Shown here: one piece after another, positions 16,205 through 25,196 of the stretch
Position numbering within the stretch: the first letter of the stretch is position 1
How the letters are laid out: each line of letters opens with the position of its first letter
Notes under the pieces: generated by a model
What the model saw: only the letters and a program-made list of their open reading frames with translations
The model's database searches: none
What the model was told of the DNA's origin: nothing
DNA from: an uncultured Alphaproteobacteria bacterium
Lineage (GTDB): Bacteria; Pseudomonadota; Alphaproteobacteria; Caulobacterales; Aquidulcibacteraceae
DNA: 32,000 bases
Direction: 5' to 3'
Assembly (NCBI GenBank): GCA_902826335.1
Contig: CADEEL010000018.1
Location: 27,515 to 59,514, forward strand
Made by a program: the position numbers and the translations under genes

Positions 16205-17518
16205 ATGAGCATCTACACCGCCATGCGCGCCGGCGTTTCAGGCCTTTCGGCAAATTCGAGCGCGCTCGCCACCATCGCCGACAACATCGCGAACGTGAAC
16301 ACGGTCGGCTACAAGCGCACCAGTGTGGATTTCTCCGCGCTGGTCAACGCGCAGAACTCCAACACGACCTACAATGCCGGCGGCGTGCTGCCCTCCACGC
16401 GCACGCAGATCAGCCTGCAAGGCTCGCTTGAGCAATCGCGTTCTCCCACCGATCTCGCGATCTCCGGCGAGGGCTTCTTCATCGTTGGCCAAAGCTCCAG
16501 CCAATTGACCGACGGCGCGGGCGTTCTGTTCACGCGCGCAGGCTCATTCACGGTCGACGCGGCGGGTTACATGGTCAACGCGCAGGGCCTTTATCTGCAG
16601 GGCTGGCCAGTCAATTCAAACGGCACCGTCGTATCGAGCCCGACTTCGCTTTCCGCCATCGAACCGATCAACATCGCCGGCGTCGGCGGCCTGGCCGAGC
16701 CGACCGAGACCGTCGCCATCAACGCCAACCTGCAATCGAGCCAAACCGCTTATGATCCCCTGAGCCAAGGCGTCTATGACGTCGGCGATCTGGCGACCGG
16801 CACGATCACGGCGCACTTTGAAAGTTCATTGGAAGTGTTCGACAGCCTGGGCGCGGCGCGCACCATCGCCATGGGCTTTTTGAAGACCGGCCCGAACACC
16901 TGGCAGGTTGAAGCCTATTCGCGCCCGGCCACGAACGCGCCGGGCAACGCGGGCGGGCGTCTCGCGGAAGGCACGATCACGTTCAACACAGACGGCACCG
17001 TCGCCAGCGTGACCGGCACCATCGCCAGCGCCTTCAACATCAATTGGGCCGCGTCCACGGGCGCCGCTGCGCAGCCGCTGACGCTTAACCTATCGTCCGG
17101 ACTTACCCAGTTCGCCAATAATTACGGCGTCACCAGCGTCGTCGCCGATGGTGTGCCGCCGGGCGATCTCGTCGGCCTTGTCATCGAAGGCGACGGCAAT
17201 CTGACGGCGCAATTCTCCAACGGCCGCTCTCGTGCGCTCTATCAGATACCCTTGGCCACCTTTACAAACCCCAACGGCCTCCAGGCGGACGCCGGCAGCG
17301 CCTTCCGCACCACGCTTGAAAGCGGCCTTTACAACATCAACGCCTCGAACGCTGGCGGCGCCGGGCGGATTCAGTCGGGCGTGCTGGAAGGCTCGAACGT
17401 CGACCTCGCGGCCGAATTCACCAGCCTCATCACCACGCAGCGCGCCTATTCGGCCTCCTCACGCATCATCACCACGGCGGACGAAATGCTTGAGGAGCTG
17501 CTGAGGATCAAGCGCTAA
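16205..17518 (+). CDS. flgE: Flagellar hook protein FlgE
   Basis: ATG 16205 follows GGAG. Sequence MSIYTAMRAGVSGLSANSSALATIADNIANVNTVGYKR. C-terminus VDLAAEFTSLITTQRAYSASSRIITTADEMLEELL. Confidence 0.95.
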   Translation: MSIYTAMRAGVSGLSANSSALATIADNIANVNTVGYKRTSVDFSALVNAQNSNTTYNAGGVLPSTRTQISLQGSLEQSRSPTDLAISGEGFFIVGQSSSQLTDGAGVLFTRAGSFTVDAAGYMVNAQGLYLQGWPVNSNGTVVSSPTSLSAIEPINIAGVGGLAEPTETVAINANLQSSQTAYDPLSQGVYDVGDLATGTITAHFESSLEVFDSLGAARTIAMGFLKTGPNTWQVEAYSRPATNAPGNAGGRLAEGTITFNTDGTVASVTGTIASAFNINWAASTGAAAQPLTLNLSSGLTQFANNYGVTSVVADGVPPGDLVGLVIEGDGNLTAQFSNGRSRALYQIPLATFTNPNGLQADAGSAFRTTLESGLYNINASNAGGAGRIQSGVLEGSNVDLAAEFTSLITTQRAYSASSRIITTADEMLEELLRIKR

Positions 17519-17668
17519 TCGGCTAAGAAATAATCTTGTATAGGATTGATCAACACTTGGCCTGTACCGTTGTGAAACAAGGTGTAAACACAGATTAGTC
17601 TCTGGTCTTAGCGCTTATTCAATCCTCACACGCTATAAGTGCGTGAATATAGAGGAGAACAAGGCGCT

Positions 17669-17950
17669 ATGCAGAAGCAACGCCGACATGAGGGTGTGGT
17701 GATGGGGCCCGACGGCACGCCGTTGACCCTGGACGATCTTCCGCCGCCGAATACGACCCGCTGGGTTATTCGTCGCAAAGCCGAGGTTGTGGCCGCCGTG
17801 CGCGGAGGCCTGCTGACCTATGAGGAGGCGTGCGAGCGCTACAATCTGACCACGGAGGAATTCGATTCCTGGCGTGCGTCGATTGAACGCCACGGTCTGC
17901 CTGGCCTGCGCACCACGCGCATCCAGCATTACCGCGCGGTTCCGGCCTAA
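17669..17950 (+). CDS. sciP: DUF1153-type small HTH protein, SciP-like (CtrA inhibitor family)
   Basis: ATG 17669 with GAGGAG upstream, 93 aa. GPDGTPLTLDDLPPPNTTRWVIRRKAEVVAAVRGGLLTYEEACERYNLTTEEFDSWRASIERHGLPGLRTTRIQHYR closely matches my recollection of SciP. It has the same position downstream of flgE as in Caulobacter. Confidence 0.75.
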   Translation: MQKQRRHEGVVMGPDGTPLTLDDLPPPNTTRWVIRRKAEVVAAVRGGLLTYEEACERYNLTTEEFDSWRASIERHGLPGLRTTRIQHYRAVPA

Positions 17951-18630
17951 GCGCCGCTGCGCGGGCGTGTGCGTCCGAACAGGACCACGTCCGTGAGCGC
18001 CGCGATAAGCGCGCCCGCGCCCTGCCCCGCCCAGAACAGCGGCGCATCGGCGAGCCGGAGCCCTGAAAAGCTGTCGGTGAAGGCCCGCGCCAGCGTCACC
18101 GCTGGATTGGCGAACGAAGTGGACGCCGTCCACCAATAGCCAGCCGTGATGACGAGTGCGACCGCGACCGGAATAAAATCCGGCTTCGCGCGCCGCACGG
18201 CGAGGATCGTGAACACAAGCGCGAACGTCGCCATCGCTTCGGCGAGGCCCTGCCCCCAGCCCGCGCGCGCGATCGCGCCCACCTGATAGAGCGGCAGTTC
18301 AAACTGCGCGTGCGTGGCCGCGACGCCCGCCAGCGCGCCCGCGCCTTGAGCGGCGGTGTACAAAAGCCCCGCGCCGAGCCCAACTTCGCGCCGCAGCACA
18401 AAGACCAGCGTCACCGCCGGATTGAAATGCGCGCCGGACACCCGCCCCAGCGCCGTGATCAGCACGGCCAGCATCGCCGCCGTCGCCAACGTATTGCCCA
18501 GCAGCGCCACGCCGTCATCGCCGCTCAACCGATCCGCCAGGATGCCCGAGCCGATCACGGTGGCGACAAGCAGCGCTGTTCCCAGCGCCTCGGCCATGAG
18601 GCGCTGGTGGAGCCCGAACTGTCCGTTCAC
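17947..18630 (-). CDS. aqpS: Aquaglyceroporin-type arsenite channel (MIP family, AqpS-like)
   Basis: Two NPA boxes (SGAHFNPAVT and SFANPAVT) and 6 TM segments. GTG start overlaps the arsC stop (GTGA). Last gene of the ars operon. Confidence 0.85.
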   Translation of the reverse strand: MNGQFGLHQRLMAEALGTALLVATVIGSGILADRLSGDDGVALLGNTLATAAMLAVLITALGRVSGAHFNPAVTLVFVLRREVGLGAGLLYTAAQGAGALAGVAATHAQFELPLYQVGAIARAGWGQGLAEAMATFALVFTILAVRRAKPDFIPVAVALVITAGYWWTASTSFANPAVTLARAFTDSFSGLRLADAPLFWAGQGAGALIAALTDVVLFGRTRPRSGA

Positions 18631-19163
18631 GGTGTTTTGGCGTCCGCGCTCGGCGCCATGCGGCCGATCTCATCGAGTTTGGTTTGCAGCGCCAGGCGAT
18701 CGAGCCCGGAGATTGGCAGCGCGCAGAATACGGTGATGCGGTTCTGCAGCATGCGGAACGCATCCCAGAACGCCGCCGCGATCTCCGCTTCGTTGCCTGT
18801 CGCCGCCGCCGGATCGGGCAATCCCCAATGCGCGGTCATCGGCTGGCCTGGCCAAACCGGGCACACTTCGTTGGCGGCGGAATCACACACCGTGAACACG
18901 AAATCGAGCCGCGGCGCATCCGGCCTTGCAAACTCCGCCCAATCCTTGGAGCGGAATTGGTCGGTCATGTAATTGAGCGATTTGAGCAGGCGCAGCGTTT
19001 GCGGATTGACCTCCCCCTTCGGCTGCGAGCCGGCGCTGAACGCCTTGAATTTCGGCACCCCAAAACGATTCATGATCGCCTCGGCCATGATCGAGCGCGC
19101 GGAATTGCCCGTGCACAAGAACAAGACATTATACGGATTGTCGCGCGTGCCTTTGTCGCTCAT
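18627..19163 (-). CDS. arsC: Arsenate reductase, LMW-PTPase / thioredoxin-coupled type
   Basis: ATG 19163 follows GGAGG. P-loop VLFLCTGNSARS (CX5R). Second Cys pair in TVCDSAANEVCP, spaced like Cys82/Cys89 of pI258 ArsC. Confidence 0.9.
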   Translation of the reverse strand: MSDKGTRDNPYNVLFLCTGNSARSIMAEAIMNRFGVPKFKAFSAGSQPKGEVNPQTLRLLKSLNYMTDQFRSKDWAEFARPDAPRLDFVFTVCDSAANEVCPVWPGQPMTAHWGLPDPAAATGNEAEIAAAFWDAFRMLQNRITVFCALPISGLDRLALQTKLDEIGRMAPSADAKTP

Positions 19164-19195
19164 CGTTCCCTCCTCCCATGTCACAACTTTACAAC

Positions 19196-19633
19196 TCACC
19201 CGCAGCAAGCGCCGGCTGAAACCGCCGTGGGCGCCGTGAGCCCTTCAAGCGGCGGAGCGGCGCCATAGTGCGTTGCTTCGCCGAACGTATGGAACGTCTC
19301 CCACAACACGCCTTGCGGGTCGGCGACCCACGACTTCTCCGAGCGCGCATAGCAACACGTCGTTTCGCCCTCTTCGAGCACCGGCGCATCGGCCGCCTTG
19401 AGCCGCGCATAGACCGTCTGCAACTCCTCCGCGCTTTCGGCCTGAATGCCGAGATGGCGCAGCCCCGCGCCTTCGCCGCGTTGCGAAATGGCGAAATTCA
19501 CGCGGGGATCGTCGAGCATCCACTTCGCGTAATCGTCCTTGCGCACGGTCGGCTCGGCCGCGAACAGGGTGGAATAGAAGCCGATCGAACGATCAAGGTC
19601 CGTGACGCCGATATGAACGTGCAAGCGCTTCAT
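19196..19633 (-). CDS. arsI: VOC/glyoxalase-fold protein of the ArsI (C-As lyase) / CadI type
   Basis: ATG 19633 follows AGGAGA. Sequence MKRLHVHIGVTDLDRSIGFYSTLF...NFAIS...HLGIQ...EGETTCCYARSEKSWVADPQGVLWETFHT, with the vicinal Cys pair characteristic of ArsI. A further CC sits at the C-terminus. Confidence 0.75.
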   Translation of the reverse strand: MKRLHVHIGVTDLDRSIGFYSTLFAAEPTVRKDDYAKWMLDDPRVNFAISQRGEGAGLRHLGIQAESAEELQTVYARLKAADAPVLEEGETTCCYARSEKSWVADPQGVLWETFHTFGEATHYGAAPPLEGLTAPTAVSAGACCG

Positions 19634-19974
19634 GCTTGTCTCCTGTGCGGCGCGGCTTCGGCGGCCGCGCAGGCCGCCCCGCCGCAACAATTATCGGTGA
19701 GGAAGTCGATCAGCGCGCGCATGCGCGCGAAATCGGCGGCGTAGATGAGCGATCTGCCCACACGGGTGACTGACAAGAGCCCCGCGCGGGACAAATGCGC
19801 CAAGTGAAATGAGAGGGACGAGGCCGGCAGATTTAGCGCCTCGGCGATCGCGCCCGCGGCCCGCCCGGCCGGGCCGGCCTGCACAAGCAGGCGAAACACC
19901 GCCAGGCGATGCTCGTGCGCGAGCGCGCCCAGGGCGATGATTGTTTCGGTGGTGATCGTTTCGGCGCCAATCAT
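19630..19974 (-). CDS. arsR: ArsR/SmtB-family metalloregulator (C-terminal Cys-cluster type)
   Basis: ORF trimmed to ATG 19974 (114 aa). wHTH LAHEHRLAVFRLLV...IAEALNLPASSLSFHLAHLSRAGLL. No ELCVCDL motif. It has C-terminal NCCGGAAC, resembling the A. ferrooxidans-type As(III) site. The stop overlaps the arsI start (ATGA). Confidence 0.9.
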   Translation of the reverse strand: MIGAETITTETIIALGALAHEHRLAVFRLLVQAGPAGRAAGAIAEALNLPASSLSFHLAHLSRAGLLSVTRVGRSLIYAADFARMRALIDFLTDNCCGGAACAAAEAAPHRRQA

Positions 19975-20013
19975 TTCGATATTTCGATTATCATCGAAAT
20001 TTAACGATTGCAA
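19973..20013 (-). promoter_or_regulatory. ars promoter/operator: ATTTCGAT direct copy plus perfect dyad ATTTCGAT-TATC-ATCGAAAT, with TTGCAA as a -35-like element
   Basis: The dyad is at 19981-20000, with an extra half-site at 19973-19980 overlapping the arsR ATG. On the reverse strand TTGCAA (20008-20013) lies 15-17 nt upstream of GATAAT/TAATCG inside the dyad, the classic ArsR/SmtB autorepression layout. Confidence 0.55.
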
Positions 20014-20028
20014 GCGCCGCCGCGCGCT

Positions 20029-20043
20029 TGGCGCATAATTTGC
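20029..20043 (+). promoter_or_regulatory. Sigma-54-like -24/-12 element upstream of fliF (an alternative reading is an FlbD/CtrA-type site)
   Basis: TGGCGC-ATAAT-TTGC with exact GG-N10-GC spacing, about 85 nt upstream of the fliF start, followed immediately by TTGCCGGC and TTAAC (20048-20052). Confidence 0.4.
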
Positions 20044-20128
20044 CGGCTTAACCTTCCTTTCACCGACACCAGGAAAATTCTGCCCACCGGCGCACGCATG
20101 GCTCGCGCGCCGCGAGGGGTGTGTGGGC

Positions 20129-21751
20129 GTGAACGGATTGGTGCAGTTTCTGACGCGCATGGGGCCCACGCGCCTCATCGCCGTGATGGCGGTGACGGCG
20201 ATCGTCGCAGCGGGTCTCTTCGCGCTCATTTTCCGCCTGGGCGGCGAGGAAAACTCACTCCTGTTTTCCGGCGTCAATCTGCGCGAGGCCGGCGAGATCA
20301 CGGCCAAGCTCGATCAGGCCGGCATCGCCTATGATCTATCGCCTGATGGCTCGGCCATCTTCGTGCCGCGCAGCGAAGTGCTGCAGGCGCGCATGATGCT
20401 CTCGGCCGACGGCCTGCCCTCGCGCGGCTCGGTCGGCTACGAAATCTTCGATCAGCCCGAGGCGCTGGGCCAGACGCAGTTCCAGCAGAACATTAACCGC
20501 CTGCGCGCGCTTGAAGGTGAACTCGCGCGCACCATCGCCTCGCTTGACGGCGTCGCCAATGCGCGCGTGCATCTTGTGTTGCCAGAGCGGCAATTGTTCG
20601 ATCGCGAACGCCAGCAGCCGACCGCCTCGATCGTGCTTGAATTGCGAAGGGACGACCTCACGCCCGGCCAAGTGCGCGCGATCCGCAATCTGGTCGCAGG
20701 CGCCGTGCCGGGCCTGCAATCTAATCGCGTGACGATTCTCGATGAGCGCGGCGATCTTCTGGCCGCCGCCGTGCAGGAAAACGAAGCCGGTGAGATCGGC
20801 GAAGGTGTCGATGCGCGCCAGGCCGCCGCTGAAGAGCGCATCCGCCGCACGGTGATGGACATTGTCGAAGGCGTCGTCGGCGCTGGCCGCGCGCGCGTGC
20901 AAGTCAATGCGGAGATGGACTTCAACCGCGTCACCGAAACGGCCGAGCGCTTCGATCCGGAAGGCCGCGTCATCCGCTCTGCCTCGACCACCGAAGAATC
21001 TTCCAACTCCGCCGAAGGCGGCCCCGCCGGCGGCGCGAGCGCCACTGCCAACCTGCCGGACGGAACTGGCGCGGCCGCGCCCGGCGGCGGCGAACAAAGC
21101 GGCACGGCGCGCAGCCAGGAAACCATCAATTATGAAATCTCGCGCACCACGCGCACATCCGTAAGCGAGGGCGGGCGCATCACGCGCCTGTCGGTCGCCG
21201 TCGCGGTCGATGGTGTCGTCGCGGCCGGCGCGAACGGCCAGCCCGGCCAATATCGCCCGCGCAGCGCCGAGGAATTGCAGCGCATTACCGCGCTTGTGCG
21301 TTCGGCCGTGGGGTTCAGCGAGCCGCGCGGCGATCGCGTCGAGGTGGTCAATCTTCAATTCGCGCAAACGGCCGCCGCCGTCGCCGCGCCGGCCGCGCAA
21401 AGCCCGTTCGATCTGTCGCGCCTCGAACCGATGCGTCTGGCGGAGGTCGGCGCCATGCTGATCGCGGCGCTGGCGCTCATCTTCTTCGTGCTCCGCCCCT
21501 TGATCGCCGGGCTGATCCGCGGTGGACGCGCGGTCGGCGCGCCAGACGATGCGCCCGCGCAATTGCCGCCAGGCGCCCTCGGCGCGCCCGCGCTCGCCGC
21601 GCCAGCCCCAGCGCTCGATCCAGCCTTCGATATGGCGCGCATCCAGGGCCAGGTGCGCGCCTCCTCGATCAAGAAGGTGGCCGAAGTCGTTGATCAGCAT
21701 CCGGATGAATCCGCCCAGATCATCCGCGGCTGGATCAACAACGCGATTTGA
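20129..21751 (+). CDS. fliF: Flagellar MS-ring protein FliF
   Basis: I prefer GTG 20129 (GAGGGG 9 nt upstream), giving [16 protein letters not shown]. Sequence [50 protein letters not shown], with a C-terminal TM. Confidence 0.95.
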   Translation: MNGLVQFLTRMGPTRLIAVMAVTAIVAAGLFALIFRLGGEENSLLFSGVNLREAGEITAKLDQAGIAYDLSPDGSAIFVPRSEVLQARMMLSADGLPSRGSVGYEIFDQPEALGQTQFQQNINRLRALEGELARTIASLDGVANARVHLVLPERQLFDRERQQPTASIVLELRRDDLTPGQVRAIRNLVAGAVPGLQSNRVTILDERGDLLAAAVQENEAGEIGEGVDARQAAAEERIRRTVMDIVEGVVGAGRARVQVNAEMDFNRVTETAERFDPEGRVIRSASTTEESSNSAEGGPAGGASATANLPDGTGAAAPGGGEQSGTARSQETINYEISRTTRTSVSEGGRITRLSVAVAVDGVVAAGANGQPGQYRPRSAEELQRITALVRSAVGFSEPRGDRVEVVNLQFAQTAAAVAAPAAQSPFDLSRLEPMRLAEVGAMLIAALALIFFVLRPLIAGLIRGGRAVGAPDDAPAQLPPGALGAPALAAPAPALDPAFDMARIQGQVRASSIKKVAEVVDQHPDESAQIIRGWINNAI

Positions 21752-22827
21752 TGGCCATGGCCAACGCCCTCGCCAAACCTGAACCAAGAGACCTCGCGGC
21801 GCCCGAGCGCGCCGAGGATAAGCGCGCCGATATCTCGCAATTCAGCGGCATCGAGAAGTCGGCCATCATCCTCTTATGCTTGGGCGAGGACGCCAAGAAA
21901 ATCTGGACCCAGCTCGACGAGGATGAGATCAAGGATCTCTCCCAGGCGATGAGTTCGTTGGGCCATATCGCCTCGAACGTAGTCGAAGCGATTGTCATAG
22001 AGTTCGTGCAGAAGCTGTCCACAACGGGCTCGATCATGGGCTCGTACGATCAGACCCAGCGCCTCCTCCAGTCCTTCCTGCCGCCCGACAAGGTCGAGGC
22101 GATGATGGAAGAAATCCGCGGGCCCGCTGGGCGCAATATCTGGGACAAGCTCGCCAACGTGAACGAAGAAGTTCTCGCCGCATATCTGAAGAATGAATAT
22201 CCGCAGACCGTCGCGGTCATCCTCTCCAAGGTGCGCGCCGAGCATGCGGCGAAGGTGCTCGCCAAGCTCCCGGAGGAATTCGCGGCCGAATGCATCACGC
22301 GCATGTTGGCGATGGAGCCAGTGCAGCGCGAGATCGTCGATAAGGTCGAGGCGACGCTGCGGTCGGAGTTCATGTCAAATCTCGCGCGCACCACGCGGCG
22401 CGACCCCCATGAGCTCATGGCTGAAATCTTCAATGGCTTTGACCGGCAAACGGAAAGCCGCTTTCTCTCCGCGCTCGAAACCCGCGCGTTCGACAGCGCG
22501 GAGAAAATTCGCGCGCTCATGTTCGTGTTCGAGGATTTGAAAAAGCTGGACGCCGGCGGCGTGCAGACATTGCTGCGCACCGTTGACAAGACGGACCTCG
22601 CCATCGGCCTCAAGGGCGCTTCCGAGCAAATCCGCACGCTCTTCTTGTCGAACATGAGCGAGCGCGGCGGCAAATTGTTGCGTGACGAAATGCAGTCCAT
22701 GGGGCCGGTGCGCCTACGCGATGTGGACGCGGCGCAAGCGCGCATCGTAGCGCTCGCCAAGGACCTCGCCGCCAAGGGTGAAATCGTTCTCTCCGACGGC
22801 CGCGCCGATGATGAAATGATTTATTGA
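21751..22827 (+). CDS. fliG: Flagellar motor switch protein FliG
   Basis: ATG 21751 overlaps the fliF TGA (TGATG). Sequence [20 protein letters not shown]...[11 protein letters not shown]...MFVFEDL...LRDEM. Confidence 0.95.
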   Translation: MAMANALAKPEPRDLAAPERAEDKRADISQFSGIEKSAIILLCLGEDAKKIWTQLDEDEIKDLSQAMSSLGHIASNVVEAIVIEFVQKLSTTGSIMGSYDQTQRLLQSFLPPDKVEAMMEEIRGPAGRNIWDKLANVNEEVLAAYLKNEYPQTVAVILSKVRAEHAAKVLAKLPEEFAAECITRMLAMEPVQREIVDKVEATLRSEFMSNLARTTRRDPHELMAEIFNGFDRQTESRFLSALETRAFDSAEKIRALMFVFEDLKKLDAGGVQTLLRTVDKTDLAIGLKGASEQIRTLFLSNMSERGGKLLRDEMQSMGPVRLRDVDAAQARIVALAKDLAAKGEIVLSDGRADDEMIY

Positions 22828-23456
22828 TGGCGCAGATTCGCAAATACGCGTTTGACACCGAATTCGCGCCCGATGGCGCCATCGTGCGCGATGGCGTAAC
22901 CGGCGCGCGCAACCGCCTCACGCCGCAGGAAGTGGAAATCGAACGCGCCAGCGCCTATCAAACTGGTCAGCGCGATGCGCAAATCTCAGCCGAGCGCGCG
23001 CTCGCGGAGGCGACCAACGCGCTGGTCGATTCCGCGCATCGCATTCTTGTTCGCCTTGACACGGAAAGCGCCCGTCTGCGCGCCGAGGCCGCGCATGTCG
23101 CGCTGGCGGCCGCACGCAAGCTGGCGGGTGAAGCGCTCGATCAATTTGGCCTCGCGCGGATCGAAGCCGCCATAGACGCCGCGTTGCACGCTTTACCTCA
23201 CGGGCCGCGCCTCGTCATTCGCGTGGCGCCCGCGCTCGTTGAGCCGTTGCGCGCGCGCATCGAGGCGCTGGCGGCCGAACACGCCCATGATGGCGCGCTG
23301 CTGGTGCGCGCGGATGAAGCGGCCGCGCCCGGCGATGTCTCGATCGATTGGGCCGACGGCGTCGTCACACTATCGCGCGCCGATATCGCCGCGCGCATTG
23401 AAACGCTGATCGACGCGGCCTTAGCCGCGCCATGTGATGAAGGGGGTGCGCCATGA
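22827..23456 (+). CDS. fliH: Flagellar assembly protein FliH (FlbE position)
   Basis: ATG 22827 overlaps the fliG TGA at the same TTGATGG junction seen between fliF and fliG. N-terminal KYAFDTEFAPDG and an Ala-rich coiled region are typical of alphaproteobacterial FliH. The call rests on position plus a weak motif. Confidence 0.7.
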   Translation: MAQIRKYAFDTEFAPDGAIVRDGVTGARNRLTPQEVEIERASAYQTGQRDAQISAERALAEATNALVDSAHRILVRLDTESARLRAEAAHVALAAARKLAGEALDQFGLARIEAAIDAALHALPHGPRLVIRVAPALVEPLRARIEALAAEHAHDGALLVRADEAAAPGDVSIDWADGVVTLSRADIAARIETLIDAALAAPCDEGGAP

Positions 23457-23791
23457 GCGCTGGCGGCGGACGTGATCTTACACTCGATGAATTCAAGCCC
23501 GGCGGCGATGGCGGCGGCGATATCAGCGCCGAAGATATGACCGCCGCGAACCTCGCGGCGATTCATGATGTGCCGGTCAACATCCAGGCCGTGTTGGGCA
23601 AAACGCACATGGATGTCGCCACTTTGCTGCGCCTCGATCGCGGCTCGCTGATTGAGCTTGATCGCAAGGTCGGCGAGGCGATCGACATTTACGTGAACAA
23701 TCGCCTTGTGGCGCGCGGCGAAGTGGTCGTGGTTGAAGATCGCCTCGGCGTGACAATGACGGAAATCATCAAGGACGTGGACGCGGCCTAA
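23453..23791 (+). CDS. fliN: Flagellar motor switch protein FliN
   Basis: ATGA overlap with fliH. SpoA domain: VPVNIQAVLGKTHMDVATLLRLDRGSLIELDRKVGEAIDIYVNNRLVARGEVVVVEDRLGVTMTEII. Confidence 0.9.
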   Translation: MSAGGGRDLTLDEFKPGGDGGGDISAEDMTAANLAAIHDVPVNIQAVLGKTHMDVATLLRLDRGSLIELDRKVGEAIDIYVNNRLVARGEVVVVEDRLGVTMTEIIKDVDAA

Positions 23792-23826
23792 CAGAGTAGG
23801 CGCCAAGCGGCGCCGGGAGTGAGACG

Positions 23827-25182
23827 ATGCGATTACTGATCGTTGGCCCGCTCGGCGGCCAGATTTCCGCGGCGACGCAGATCGCCATGCGCCATGGCGC
23901 GAAGGTCTCGCACGTCGATACGATCGAGCAGGCGACCGCGGCGCTGCGCGCCGGCAAGGGCGCGGACCTGCTCATGGTCGATGCGCGGCTGGACATCGCC
24001 GCCCTGCTCGCCGCGAACGAAGCCGAACGCATCGTTGTGCCGATCGTCGCCGCCGGCGTCGGCATCGATCCGGCGCTCGCGGCGCGCGCGATCCATGCCG
24101 GCGCCAAGGAATACATCTCCCTGCCGCCCGAGCCGGAATTGATCGCCGCCGTGCTCGCGGCGGTGTGCGACGACAATAAACCCGTGATCGTCGTCGATGA
24201 TGCGATGAAATCCGTGTTGGCGCTCGCCGATCAGGTCGCCGGTTCTGACGCCTCGATCCTGATCACCGGGGAATCCGGCGTCGGCAAGGAAGTCATGGCG
24301 CGCTATGTGCACGCGAAATCCAAGCGCGCGGGCGCGGCGTTCATCGCCGTCAATTGCGCGGCGATACCGGAAAACCTGCTTGAAAGTGAGCTGTTCGGCC
24401 ACGAGAAAGGCGCCTTCACCGGCGCCGTCGGGCGCCGCGTCGGCAAATTCGAGGAGGCCGATGGCGGCACATTATTACTCGACGAAATCTCGGAAATGGA
24501 TTTTCGTCTGCAATCGAAATTGCTGCGCGCGATTCAAGAGCGCGTGATTGACCGGGTCGGCGGCGCAAAGCCCGTTCCGATCAACATCCGCATCCTGGCC
24601 ACGTCAAACCGCGATTTGCAGGAGGCCGTGCGCGCCGGCGAGTTCCGCGAAGACCTCCTCTTCCGCCTCAATGTCGTCAATCTGCGCATTCCGCCGCTGC
24701 GCGAGCGCAAGGGCGATCTCGCCGCGCTCGCTGATTTCTTCATCGACAAATACGCACGCGTCAATGAGCGCCCGGCCCGGCGCCTATCGGACGCCGCGCG
24801 CGCGCAAGTGATGGCGCATGCCTGGCCCGGCAATGTGCGCGAGCTTGAAAACGCCATGCACCGGGCCGTGTTGCTCTCCCCCGGCGAGGAGATCGGGCCG
24901 GACGCCATCCGCGCGCCGGACGGCGCACCCGTCGGTGCGCGCCGCGACATCACAAGCCGCGCGGCCGAAGCCGCGCAAGCCGCCGCGCGCAACCTTGTGG
25001 GCCGCACGGTCGCCGCCGTCGAACAGGATCTCATCCTGGAAACGCTGACGCACTGCCTCGGCAATCGCACGCATGCCGCGCACATTCTCGGCATCTCGAT
25101 CCGCACGCTGCGCAACAAGCTCAAAATCTACACCGATCTCGGGCTCGACGTGCCCCCGCCCGCGACCGGCCAAGCGGCCTGA
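23827..25182 (+). CDS. flbD: Sigma-54-dependent flagellar transcriptional activator FlbD (degenerate receiver, AAA+ and Fis HTH domains)
   Basis: [12 protein letters not shown]...LLMVD..., GESGVGKE (Walker A), [15 protein letters not shown] (GAFTGA motif), C-terminal [18 protein letters not shown]. Closely resembles my recollection of Caulobacter FlbD. Confidence 0.9.
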   Translation: MRLLIVGPLGGQISAATQIAMRHGAKVSHVDTIEQATAALRAGKGADLLMVDARLDIAALLAANEAERIVVPIVAAGVGIDPALAARAIHAGAKEYISLPPEPELIAAVLAAVCDDNKPVIVVDDAMKSVLALADQVAGSDASILITGESGVGKEVMARYVHAKSKRAGAAFIAVNCAAIPENLLESELFGHEKGAFTGAVGRRVGKFEEADGGTLLLDEISEMDFRLQSKLLRAIQERVIDRVGGAKPVPINIRILATSNRDLQEAVRAGEFREDLLFRLNVVNLRIPPLRERKGDLAALADFFIDKYARVNERPARRLSDAARAQVMAHAWPGNVRELENAMHRAVLLSPGEEIGPDAIRAPDGAPVGARRDITSRAAEAAQAAARNLVGRTVAAVEQDLILETLTHCLGNRTHAAHILGISIRTLRNKLKIYTDLGLDVPPPATGQAA

Positions 25183-25196
25183 GGGGGAACACCTAG

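Noticed and set aside
17557-17572. Sigma-54-like TGGCCT-N6-TTGT upstream of sciP, and TGGCGCC...GCC at 27468-27481
   Set aside because: The spacing between GG and the -12 element is off by one and the -12 GC is missing. The second case also overlaps the FlhG-like start codon.
20001-20052. Possible CtrA boxes upstream of fliF (TTAAC at 20001-20005 and 20048-20052)
   Set aside because: Only half-sites are present. Neither has a second TTAA at the required N7 spacing (the sequences at those positions are AAGC and AATT), so I do not call a CtrA box.
20336-21787. 483-aa ORF on the minus strand
   Set aside because: It lies entirely antisense to fliF, which has an unmistakable FliF sequence. The product is Arg/Ala/Gly-rich low complexity, as expected from an open antisense frame in high-GC DNA, and I recognised no domain.
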